DNA of 64,000 nt from the NCBI RefSeq assembly GCF_001194135.2, contig NC_068998.1, forward strand, positions 17,559,061-17,623,060, given 5' to 3'. The stretch comes from Octopus bimaculoides. Its lineage: Eukaryota. Of the stretch, positions 13,201 through 26,300 are shown piece by piece. Positions within the stretch are counted from its first letter, which is position 1, and each line of letters opens with the position of its first letter. Position numbers and translations under genes: made by a program. The notes under the pieces were generated by a model that was given only the letters and a program-made list of their open reading frames with translations, searched no databases and was not told where the DNA came from.

Positions 13201-16200
13201 AGTTGTACTAGTTACCAATCACAGACTTCTAATTCATTACAGAAGCTGCTTATTCACTGTTTTATCGAACTGGTCCCATTATTTTACTGTGTTGAGGCCA
13301 AATTTTCCCCAAAATATTGCTTGAAGTGAAATTGGTTCTTAATATTACAAGAAATGAAAGTTTTTACTTTAGTGCCTCCTATTATTAGGAGTTACAGAAC
13401 CAAGCTCATATTATCCTTAACCTTTTTCTTTTATTTTTTAACCTGGAGAGGCAGCATATCTAATAATACCCTTTCAAAGACTGGTTGAATTTAATGTATT
13501 ATTTTTATTGTATATCTCTAGTTTTATGAATAAAGATTCTCTGCTAATCACAAATACAGAAAGTATCCAGATTTCTTTTGAATTTACAAAAGCTTGAAGC
13601 TATACTATTATTACTCTCAATTTACGTTTGATAAACTCATTTAATGAACAATTTCTTTCAAATGATCATTATTGCTGTCTGAGTTTTTATAACAAGATTT
13701 GGGAATTCTATCCATTATGACATTATAGTTAATGTAATTTAAATTTTGCTTTCATAATCAGTCATTTTGAAATGCCAATGTACTATTGTTGCAAAGATTA
13801 CACCAGTATTGGACTATTGCCAATTTTCTTCCCTTGAGAAAAGCCATTTTTCTGTTGTTGGTAGATATTTTTGAAACCCCCTATCACTGATTGACACTTT
13901 ATTTAAAATTACAAAAACTCGTAATTTTCCAAACATTTCCTCATGGTTCAGTTAATAATAATTATTACCTAGCTTTTATGTCTTCGGTTTCCTAACTTTG
14001 GTATACAAAATCTCATCATCACAAGACACCATATTCTGCTTTCATGCTTAGGTTTCCTCTGCTTGTTAAAAAAAATAATGTTGCCAGTCTCCAAATTTCC
14101 TTATAAATCTCATAACTCTAATCAAATTACCTATAAGTTTTGATTGGGCTAGACACCCTTGTCTTCTGCAATGATTACTCATAATTTATATATGTACTAA
14201 TTGATAATTCATTAGGTGATGTCTGATCAAGGTTTCTTTTAGAAAACAATTTATGTTGTTGAGTTGGGTAAATTTTGATGTGCACATGTGAATGCATGTT
14301 GATGATTATTTAAAACCATGGGTTAATCCTGATTCGGCTGACCTACGATAAAAGGTATTCCAGCCGAGACCTCTCTTATTCCATTTTTTTTTTTTCTCTT
14401 TCATACTATGGTAGCTCCCAGGACTCTATGTTCCATGCTCTTCTAAATTTTTAAGACAGTAGGGTGAGATTTGAAGGAGATTTTTGGCAGGTCTAGCAAC
14501 CACAAGCTGCTCACTCATTGTTTAACAAGCCAACATGTGAAAATGTGATTTAGTATGTTATAAAAGTCAGAGCAGATGTAAGCTTAGAAAACTTTACTAA
14601 TGCATTGACAGTAGCCAGATAGATTGTTTTATTCAGACATGTCTCTTTGAGACAAAGAACTACAATATCATAAAGTGCTCTCGCCTCTGCACCAGATTCT
14701 CATGTTAATCTAAAGAATACTTAACTGTATTTTAAACATAATGTCATTTAGTTTTACATGATTAACTTTTCAGAAAAAATCAAACCTGTGCAGTCCACTT
14801 TGTAACTGATAAATAGTTGTTTTTGCTATTGGTATTAGTTTCCTTCCTTCTTTTTTATAATTAGAATGTTGTGATTGAATTTCCATGATTTTGATTTTAA
14901 AATGAAAAGGAATTAAAAAAACAAACCTTCATGCAATCAATACATTCACTTATATGTGATCAGTAACTGCTTGGTTATTTTGAATTTTGCTTTTAGTCCT
15001 GTCTTATGGATTCATTAATAATTGCTATGACTTGTGGGAATTAACCTCTTTAAATCTACACAGTAATATTGCAATTCACTTCTGAGTTTGCATTTTCTAA
15101 GTTTATATATACATATGGTTAAGAAGTTCACTTTGCAACTACAGGTTCAGTTTTTCACTAAGCTGCACCCTGGGCAAGTGTCTTTGAATATTGCCCGGGA
15201 TCAATCAATGCTTTGTGAAGGAATTTGCTATGTAGAAATACTGTGGCAGCCAATCATATATACATCTGCGTGTGTTGTGTTTATGTCCCATTTACATGAC
15301 TGTTGAACAAAAGGAGAATGATAGAATAAGTACCAGATTTAAAAATAAGAACTAGAGTTGATTTTATTGACTAAAACCCTTCAAGCCAGTGTCTTAGCAT
15401 TGCTGCAGTTCATAAATGAAACAAGTACAAAAATATGATAAAGTCTTACAAATGAAATTTATCTGTAATTATTTTGCACACACACACACAGTCATAGCCA
15501 TCATTTAGGTCTGAGATCCAATGCTATTTACATCCTTTTGTCTGTTAGTACAGTAAAATCTTATCTATTTCTATTAAAAATTTGTATTCTGTGGATTTGC
15601 ATACTACAGCAATTTTTTTAATTAAAGCAGTTTCATAATGTAGAGCTTCAGTTTCTTACAGTTCTATATTTAAGAGATGAGGAATTATGTACATTATTTA
15701 CATTCGACGGATATTTGTCCTCATCTTGTTTGTTGTTAACACGTTTCAGCTGATATACCCTCCAGCCTTCTTCAGGTATCTTGGGGGAAATTTCGAACCT
15801 GGGTTCTCATTCCTAAGGTATTTTTTGATGTTATTATTATTATTGTTGTTGTTCAGGTCACTGATTGGAATCGAACTCGGAATCTTGGGGTTAGTAGCCC
15901 ATGGGGTAATATGCCCATGGGGTAATATGCCCATAGGGTAATATACCCATGGGTATATGGTGTAGTGGTTAAGAGCGTGGGCTACTAACCCCAAGATTCC
16001 GAGTTCGATTCCAAGCAGTGACCTGAACAATAGTAATGATAATAATAATATCGAAAAATGCCTTAGGAAGGAGAACCCAGGTTCGAAATTTCCCCCAAGA
16101 CACCTGAAAAAGGCTGGAGGGTATATCAGCCGAAACGTGTTAACAACAAACAAGATGAGGGACAAATATCCGTCTAATATAAATAATGTTTCAGTTTCTT

Positions 16201-19200
16201 ATATAAACTTCTAATATCTAATTCCATTCCTTTGTTTCTTGAACTTACTTACACAGATTACTGATGGTATCGATCATGTTCAGGGATTCCCGCATTGGAG
16301 ATTGACAGTGACTTCAATGTTTTGGCCTGCTAAGCCATCATCAGGCAGTCCAGAAACTTCGAAATCACTGTCACAACATTCTTGTTTGAGAATGATAAAA
16401 CATATATATATATATATATATATTGCTTAATCAATACCAAAATAGTTTTTTGTGAAATTTGATGCTTCACTTTTTGTACATGTTTCTTATTTTTTTGTTT
16501 TTGTTTATTTCTGCAGGTGTAGGCATTGCAGCATTAGTGCATTTAATGTTAATTTGTATATACCAAGGTCCTGTTGTAGCAGAAGTGGCAAGTTATATGT
16601 TCATATCTGTAGCACAGCAGCCATATCTATGGGGTACTTGTGACAATTCATGGAATACAAATTACTGTTCTCCAGGTGTTGTAAGGTAAGATTTCCTTAA
16701 GTATATGCCCTATTTTATAATGGAACTCTTTAGTATTATTTTATATCGCAACAGGCATGAATGAAGGGTTAAATATTCCACTTCTCTGTCATGAGAGAAG
16801 GGTTTAGTTTCAATCTCACAGTGATAACACTTTTAGCAAGTATTTTCTTCTATATATTCTTGAGTGAAATTAGGTTAGCAAAAACTGTGAGGAAGCTCAC
16901 TGGATGAACTAGAGCTGTAATTCAAAAGGTTGGCTTCATCACAATGTCACACTAGGTATGCCTGAGAATTACATTAAGGATACATGTATTTGTGCGTTAC
17001 TCAACTACTTGCACTATAATATAACAGTTCCATTGATTGAGCCGTCGGATCAAAGCAGGCATTACATAGTAATTCTTAATTACATCGTGGCTCTCAGAAG
17101 TGTGTGGCTTGTAGGTCATTGGAATTTTGAAGGCTGCACAAAAAAGAAAATTATGTTGGCCAAATATTATCACAAAAGCGATGACACGATTTTTTTCTCT
17201 TTTTTTTTTTTAACCTTTTTACAACTACATTAATGATGATATTCTCTCATCTCCTACCATCATATCTTAATTAGAGCACTACAATAATTCTGCTACAGGT
17301 TGATTAGTGATTTCATCAGATGAAAGGTGCCATAAACAACAGTGTGAAAAGAAATCAATATTTGATAATGAACATTGTGTTACTTTTTTCTGTCTTCCCT
17401 ACTACTTATATTGAAATAGAGGTGTTTTGTGACCTATTTTTCAATTTGTTGCAGTTCTATAACTGGTTTGCCAGAAATGACAAAGAGATCAGCATATGAA
17501 TTCTATACGTTAGTATTATTTCTTTAACTCTTCTATATTTTCTATATTATATTAACAGTATTTATTTTAAATTTTTTTAGCTTTTTTACTTCACCAGCAG
17601 TTATGTTATTTTCTTCATAATTGTATAATTTCGCTTCGTTTTCTATAATTTACTTCATTAAATTATGAGTCTAGTTTAATGTAATTAGCAGTGTGCTTGT
17701 TTATTACATCTTTCTCAGTGAGTAACCAACAGACTTGATTGCCAATTTCTGAACATAGGTTTGATTCATTCCTCATAAACTTTATTCCTTTGCTGAGAAA
17801 ATATTTTATTAACGTTGAGTTATAATAAAAACAATTTAGTATTAAACTGAGGAATTATTCAGTACCTTTTGTAGAGTACATATTTATCATACTTTTTTCA
17901 GACTTTGAAGTCACAGTTACTACTTCTTGTAAATGTATAATGAAAATATTTTACATAGATATATCTATTTCCTGGTATATTTTAATTGATTTTCTTCTTC
18001 TTTAGTCATTTATTTTATTTTGGAGGTTGAGGGGAAAGTAGTCCAAGTATGCTGCTCAGTTTAACACATCACCTGGTCCTTGAGAGCCTCTCACATAGTT
18101 CATTCTGTTAAAAGCATTTGACAAGACTGCACTAAATGCCTAATTTGAATATCTGCAGTTCAGTTTTACCAGTTCAGGAAGGCATCACACAGTTATGAAT
18201 ACTACCCTGCTTCTCTTGTAAAAAAAAAAAAAAAAAAATTTTAATGTAATCTTCCATTGAGCTGACAGCACATACTGGTTTCAATTCTCTTATTCAAATT
18301 TATTTCAAACATACCAGTGATGCCCTTGAGAAAAGAATGACTGTCATATTCTCAATGTGCTATGAATTTGTGGCTGTATGGATTAAGTTTTTCAAAAAAT
18401 GAATATATATCAGTAAAGCAACATGTTCCTAAGCAGTTTTTTTTTTTTTTCCACAGGTTTGAATTCTGGCAGATTACTGATGGTATCGATCATGTTCATG
18501 GATTCCCGCATTGGAGATTCACAGAGACAGTCAGTCGGATGACTGTACCTATGTTGCCTATTGCGTCTGCATCAGTTTGGCTCCTGGTACTATTGATGGT
18601 AGCACTCGGCGGACGTGTCTTTGGTTGGGTTAGTACCTTTTTAATTATAACTACTTCATTACTCTACCTACTTTGTTATTGAAATAAATATTTTTCCTCA
18701 TTTGTATGACAGTTATATTTCTTCACTTCACTCCTACATCTGATAAGAAGTCATCAATCATATGAACTGTATTAGTTTCTCACAATTTCTGGAGAAAGTG
18801 ATTTACAGGCTTAATTATTCATCCAATAAGGTAATTTTGCTGTAATAAATTGCCACTTCATATATTAGCATCAAATAGAATATCTGATACTAGTGCTGCT
18901 CTTTTCCCTTTTATGTGTTAATATATAAGTTCTGGTTAGAGTAATAATAGTAATTTTTTTTTTGCGTGTTGTTGTTGTTGTAAAACATAAAGCTGATCTT
19001 TTCATCTCTAATCAATTTGTTTGCTGTGGTTCTTTTTCCCCTTTCATCATTTTCAGTCTCACAGTCTAACTATTTTCAATATCGAGGCAGATAAATATAT
19101 GTAAGTTGCAGTGTGTGTTTATATATGTGTGTGTGTGTATGTATGTGTGTATGTATGTATGTATATCTATCTATGTATGTATATATATGCACTATTAAGA

Positions 19201-22200
19201 TGAGTTATCATTAGCTTAATATGACCACTTCAGATTATTAACCTCTTCGTTTTATTTATAGTATGTTTGAATCAGTTTAGTCTCAGTCATATTTAGGGAT
19301 CTGACTCCTTCATTTAAGCATATCTTTAGTTGTGTTTAATCTTTAACCTAAGGTCTTGCAGCTCTCTTGAACTCTAACACTGGGTTTCAATGTCCCTCAC
19401 CCCTACATGTCACAGTCTGTTAATGGTTAAATGTGTTAAAAATTGTTAGAAAGGAAATTTTGGTGTCCAAACAACCTAAAGATTGTTATTGCTGTTTAGC
19501 CTCCAGTCAACTTTGATTTAGTATATCTATGATCAAAAGTGTTCCAATCGTGACCATCCTTTTTATTTCATTATCCAATATATCTTTCTTTCCCTTTTCT
19601 AAGACAGTTGGGTGAGATTTTTGTCTAACAGTTTAAGCCATGACATAAATACTTCACAGCACACATGATGATTATAGTAGAATGAACTGGTTGAAATATA
19701 GTATAGGAGAAAGATACATGTCTGGAAAATTTAGCATAGCTTTATTCTAAATAATTCACTCCATTACTGTAAATTTTACCTAATTTTGCTTTCGTACTTC
19801 ATTTCATATGACTTAAGTGAAATATAGTTGCATAGGTGCTTCTGTGCTCATCTAAAAGTTGTCAAAATAATTGTCATTTGCATTTTAAGAACAAATTAAC
19901 TCTAGTTTATCATCATTACTAGAATTAAGGCAGGGTAATAGCTGAAAGAAAAAGAAAAAAAAGAGTAATAAATTCAATATCTAGCAGTTTTTAAATTCAG
20001 GTGTCATTTCTCTACATTCTGTGTTTAAAATCCCACTGGAGTTAACTTTGCCTTCATCACTTCTGAGTCAATAAAAATAACGTGAAATAATGCCAAGTTT
20101 AATTCAATCAGCAATATCCTCTCTCTCTTTCTCTCTCAATTTATAGACCTGTGCTGATGTGAAAAGTCATTACTATTGTCTTGCAAAAGCCAAGATTTTG
20201 GGAACTGAATTGTGGTAAATTCTTCTCAATATCATATGTTCATTCTATCTTGGTCTTTTTTTTTTTTTTTTCCATTAGAATATGAAGTTTTAGATGAGAT
20301 GTTTGCTATCTCAGACAAACATATACCATAGATAGAATTTTTTTTTTTTTTTTTTGGTCATTGATTGAGGTGTAGACAACAAAGATAGCTACATTATTTG
20401 TTTTGTTGGTAACTTTTAGAAAATGATAGGAAAACACAAACTTTGTATGAGAATCGATTCTTTAGTTCATTAATATCATTGTTACATAAGACATAAAAAA
20501 TTAATGCAAATGTCTGTTTCTTTTGTGCTCAGAAATCTGAGGTGAGTTTTTTTTTTTGTTGATTTTTGTGTGTGTTTTTTTCTATGTCCCTTATTGATAA
20601 ATATCGATTTTTGAAACAATACTGTTCTTTAGTATGTGAAATATACATGTATATTAACATATAGCTATTATTTTAATGAAATATGTCTTTTGTGTGTAAC
20701 CACATAGAAACATTGAACTTTTGAACTTGGAAAATGGAAATTTCTTGGATCATGGACCTCTGATAGTATCCACTTCAAATATAGGCATTTCTTCAGTGAT
20801 TGTCTAAAAAATAAGCTTTAAATTTTTTATTAGTAATGTTGTAGCAAATGATTGCTAGGGTTGGGTCCACTGGTTTCAGCTAAAGTCATTCTGAGATTCT
20901 TTGAATCTCAAGGTCTGTAATTTTGCTTATTGATAAAATCCTTCTGGTGAAAATGATTTTCATTGATCAGTATCAATTTTCTTGTAGGTGTAGAAAATAC
21001 ATCTATTTTCATAGTGTTTTTGTTGGTTTGTAGGCTATAAATTTTGCATCAAATGAATATTAGAAAATATATGATAAATTCTATCATGAAATTTATCATC
21101 ACCATTGTCCTTTATCTTACTGGAATTTTCATGATCTCATATTCTCATTTAATTTACTTAACCAAAACTTAGTTTGTGGTCTGCCAATTAACCTTGCTTT
21201 AATTAAAATAAGACAATTATTTTGGACCTTTTCCCTGTTGAAATTATTAACTGCTATAACACATTGAAGACGTACATCTTTCATTATTATGAGCTTCAAT
21301 TTATGTCTGCAAATATAGAGAGAAATAATTAAAATTATATAACACAGGCTACAGCTATTTTCAATAAGATGTGACAACACATGTGGATATATATACACAT
21401 GCATACATATGAAATTTATCTATCATTTCTAATTCCAGTGAGTCATGCAAATATCAAGATTTGAATAATCTTCCAACCCATACTAACATAAGAAAAAACT
21501 AATGTAAAAAAGTTATTTGAAATAAAATGGTGTATGGTCAGACTTTAGTTAGCTGGCAGAGACGTTAGCATGCCAGGCGAAATGCTTAGTGGTATTTCGT
21601 CTGTCTTTACGTTCTGAGTTCAAATTCTGCCACGGTCAACTTTGCCTTTCATACTTTCAGGGTCGATAAATTAAGTACCAGTTGTGTACTGGGGTCAATC
21701 TAATCGACCTTTTGGGCCTTGTGCCTAGAGTAGAAAAGATTATTTCAAAATAAATAGATATTCTTATCTTACACCAATTATGCTACACAAATATGGAGAT
21801 ATATAAACAGTGATAAAAATAAGTTAGCTTACCATTAATATAAGCCTTTTGACATTGACTCTGGTCTTTCTTGTTTAAAGTGATCTAAATTAAAACTTTC
21901 TATTAAAATTTTTTGTGTTAATTTATGTTTCAAATACCATCTTAATAATGGCAGTTATTTTATTAAATTCTTTAATATTTTCAAGATAAATAATTCATAT
22001 AAAGGCAGTGTATTTTCAGAGAAATATGTTAACAAAGTGAAGGTATGTGGCCTAGTGGTTAAGGTATTTGGTTCACAACCATAAGGTCCTGAATTCAATA
22101 CCCAGCAGTGCACTGTGTCCTTGAGCAAGACACTTTATTTCACATTACTCCAGTCCACTCAGCTGACAAAAATGAGTTGTACCTGTATTTCAAAGGGGCA

Positions 22201-23281
22201 ACTTTGTCATATTCTATGCCGCGCTGAATCTCTTTGAGAACTACATTAAGGGTGCACGTGTCTGTGGAGTGCTCAACCACTTGCATGTTAATTTCACCCA
22301 CAGGCTGTTCTGTTGATTGGATCAACTGGAACCCTCATCGTCATAACTGACAGAGATCCAGTTTATGGTAACAAAAGGGTTAAATAGAGCATTGAAGCAT
22401 TTGATATTGTTAATCATTGAAATGCATATCAATATATGCCAAAGATAGCATGACATTAAGAAAAAAAGTAAAAAATGCAACTATATCATTAGACATTATA
22501 AGGTATATTTTTCTTTACTTTCAGATTTTAGCTGTTGTTACTCCTATTGCAATCTCCTGTACACTGGTTGTATTAGGTTATGGACTTGCACGCTTAGATC
22601 AAGAACCTACAAAAGAAATGCTGAGAATTATTTTTACAATACCAGATTTTAAACTAAGTCATTTTACATCTGAAGATATCTTTACAGTAAGTTATTGCTT
22701 TTTTTTTTTTTTTTTTTTCTCTCCCCCCACTTTCTCTGATAGTGGATATTTGAACTTAATAATCTAGGGTTTCCTAAACGCTGATTCACTGATAACTCTT
22801 ACTTGTCAGCAGTCAGTTTTACCTTTCATCCAGTCTTTAGTGGTCAATAAAATGCTAACCTGATACTGTGAAATAGCAGTTAGTTGTCAGTGAGCTAAAC
22901 ACACTGCTTAGTTTCTATTCCCATTACTTGACTATCATTCTTAGAAAGATTACAACTGTCACCACTGAAATCATTAATTCAAATATCATTGAGGAACACC
23001 AATGGTGATTACTAGTGAAGGAGGGAGAAAAGATAGATATTTAATATTTGATCTCATTTATCATTCTTACATGAGATAAATCATTCTTGTAATAAATGAT
23101 AACTAAAATCAATTTGATCAATTTTAACTCTGATTTTTAAGGAAAATATGCCTTGTGGTATTTAGATACATCTCTTTACAATGAGCTCAAATCCTGTTGT
23201 GGTTGATTTTGCTATTCATCTTCCAGGAAAGTACAGGAGTTAATTAAAACTCCATGGTTTGTACCAATTAATAAATCACCA

Positions 23282-23322
<41 letters not shown>

Positions 23323-26300
23323 TGTTGTTGTTGTTATTATTATTAGTGTTGTTGTTATTATTATTATTATTATTTGTGGTCAAGGTGTTAGTGAAGAAGC
23401 TGACGCTTGTTGTTATTGGGTTGATTGGTGAGGCACAAACGTGTTCCATCCCAAAACGATCCATCCACCACAACCTCCACCTCATGCAATACATTATAGA
23501 GGAAGTGGCTAGGGAAGCTGGCATGGGTGGGACCCAGATCAATTTAGATCAATTGAAAGCTTTTGATAGGGTCAACCATTCTCAGAGCAGCCAGTTTTCA
23601 GGGGCTGGATATCGATAATATCCAGTGGTCAAAGTCAATGGCCACCTATCAGAATTGTTTAGTATTTTACACTCAGTCCACCAAGGTTGCCTGCTCTTGC
23701 CTTTTCTGTATGTGTTAAGCTGAGAGCCATTCTTATGAAAAATGGAGGCATTGAGTGGTTTCCCACAAGACCTAGGATGTGAGAGAAGTGTGTTGGCACA
23801 TGCAGATGTCACCGTAATCGAGGCAGTCGGCACCACTCTAAAGGAATGTGAAGCAGCAACAGGAGCAAAGATTAACCTGGAGACAAATCAGTAGGTCTGC
23901 AGGTCTATGCTAGAGAGGCAGGTCTATGCTGTCCAACAGTGTTGTAGGGCACTGGACAGATGGACCGATTAAGGTACTCAGGGTTTGAGAGGAAACTGTC
24001 TCTGAAAGGTCAGGTGGAGGTGGCGAATACATACATCGCATCGTCTGACCGTCATGCCTTGCCCTGAGTCACACCTCAACAAGTTGGAGCATATACTTTT
24101 TTGCTTTATGTGGAAGGGGCAAGTTCCTCTTGTCAGGCAGTTCAACTGCTGTCAACAGCTGCTGAATGGAGGGCTGGGCATGCTGTGGTTGCTGATACGT
24201 AGGCATGTGCTGTGGCCGTGGCATCTCCAGCGTTTCCTTGATGGTGAGTAGGTGTGGTTGCTCTTTGTCAGATCTGCTTTTCCTCAACTCGTCTCCTTAA
24301 CGGAACTGCAACCCTGGGTCGAGCAGAGACGGAGGGATGGTGAGTGGCACCTTGAGTGCTGACAAGCCCTCTTAGTCGGTGGAATGTGGCTGGTGGAAAT
24401 TCTACCTTGGTGTTCTATAGGGGGTTAGTGGAGGATAGGTGCAACAACATCCTTAGGGAGGCTCTGGCCTTTGATGAGGAACAACTGAGGACTTTCAGGC
24501 CAGGGCCTATGGATAACTTTCAGAAATCCCTGACCTGGCAGTGCTACTGGGGAGCGTTGCTGGTTTGGGATAAATTCCACAGGCACGGAAGTGCTGTCAG
24601 TTGGAGCTGCCCAAGATGTGTGCAGAGCAATGGAAAAGGTTCTGAACACACTCGTCAAGTGCCCGACAATTTCTGATATGTGGGTTTATGTTGAGCACTT
24701 GCTGTCGCGTGTCGCACAGATCTGGCTATCATCCGAGTCTATTGTTAAGACTGCTCTGCTCCCTTCCGTTGGTTGGGAAGGCCAGATAGCTTCCATCTGC
24801 CTGGTGGCCATGGTGAAAGAGGTTGTATGGTGAACAAGACTGAAAGAGCTGAAGATGGGATCTTTCGTCTCCGGTGAATTTCTGATCAAGTTTTTCAGGT
24901 TTCACTTGAAGAGGCACATCAAAGTGGAGAGGGAGGTATTCCCTTCTAGCAAATTTATTGAAAGGTGGATGAGAGTGGCAAGCATGGTTTGCGTGAATGG
25001 GATTGCTCTGAGCATGCGCTTCTGAGTGGAATAAGAGAGAGAAGAAGCACTTGCCTAAGTGGTCAGGAAAACCATGATTTTCTGTGGGGTTTCCACAGTT
25101 TTCCTTTGGAAGTCCCCCCACCTTTGGGGAATTGTAATTGTTTAATTTTATTGGTTCCTTTTGTTATTGTTTTATATGTTTACATGGTAAACCCCTCCAT
25201 TTGTGATTTGTATTTGTGTCCTTGTGTGTTCAATGTAGGCCTATGTGGCCAATAAAGAAAACATTATTATTATTATTATTGGATGGTGGTGATAGTAGCG
25301 TTGGAGGTAGAAGTGATACAATTTTTCTACACTAAACATTGTGGCATAAGTATTTTATAATCTCTTAAGTTTTAGATTTCAAATTTTGTGCTTATATTTA
25401 AAAATCAACTCCAATAAAAACCATCCTACCTGTATTACATATATAAAATAGTTGAAACAGTTTCAGAATATTCTATAAAACTATATAGTTACTTGACATT
25501 ATAGCTTTTATGGCTTTATAGAATATCGAAATACACTCTTTGCAAAATAATATGTATTGATACAATCTTTTTTTTCCAGAAATGCATGAGTTCTTTCGTA
25601 CACATTCAAATGGCCTTACCATTATGGTTTGGAATTGCTCCAACAATGGGTAAAATGACAGGCTTTGGAAAAATTCATAAAAATGTGTAAGTTAATCTGC
25701 TTTTATGATACACTAAAAAATTAATGTGGAATTGAAATACTTTTGATCATTATTATATCTTGACAAGTACATATAATTAATATTGACATGAATCTGATTC
25801 TAACAGTAATCCTTGTGGGTATGAATTAATATAAAAAAAGACTTTTTCCAAATGAAAAGATCTATAATAACAAAGCTTATTAGATGATCAAACTGTGACG
25901 GAAGCAGTAGGATATTCTGCTTTGGAATGGAAACTTTCTTATCAGTTAATTAAAACTAATAAATGACATAAGTTATATTTAGTGTCTAATAAGTCAGACA
26001 GATAATTAATGATCTCAGCTCCCAGTGAAGATGTTCATTATATGGTATGACCAACTGTTTTATAAGATTATATCAAGTGCTTATTCCTTTAATTATCACA
26101 GTTGTTTTCAGGTATGGTTTTATGTAAAATATTTATACTTGGAAAAAAACACCTAAGGGAATGCCACAGTGCAATGGTATATAATGTTGGTTGTTATTGG
26201 AAATTAAAGAAAATAGATTTGTATTGATATGTGAAAAGATACAGATTCTATTGTTAGCCTTTCTTGTGCTGAGGAATAAAAATTGTGTTTATGGGAGTGA

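Noticed and set aside
16680-19065. Alternative chaining of exon 3 directly to 19057/19065
   Set aside because: This would skip the clearly homologous exons 4 and 5 and cannot rejoin exon 6 in frame.
21129-21404. Minus-strand ORF with a good acceptor near 21308 as a possible antisense coding exon
   Set aside because: It is open only in phase 2, which is incompatible with the phase-1 exon at 37307, and it has no strong donor before the stop and no homology.
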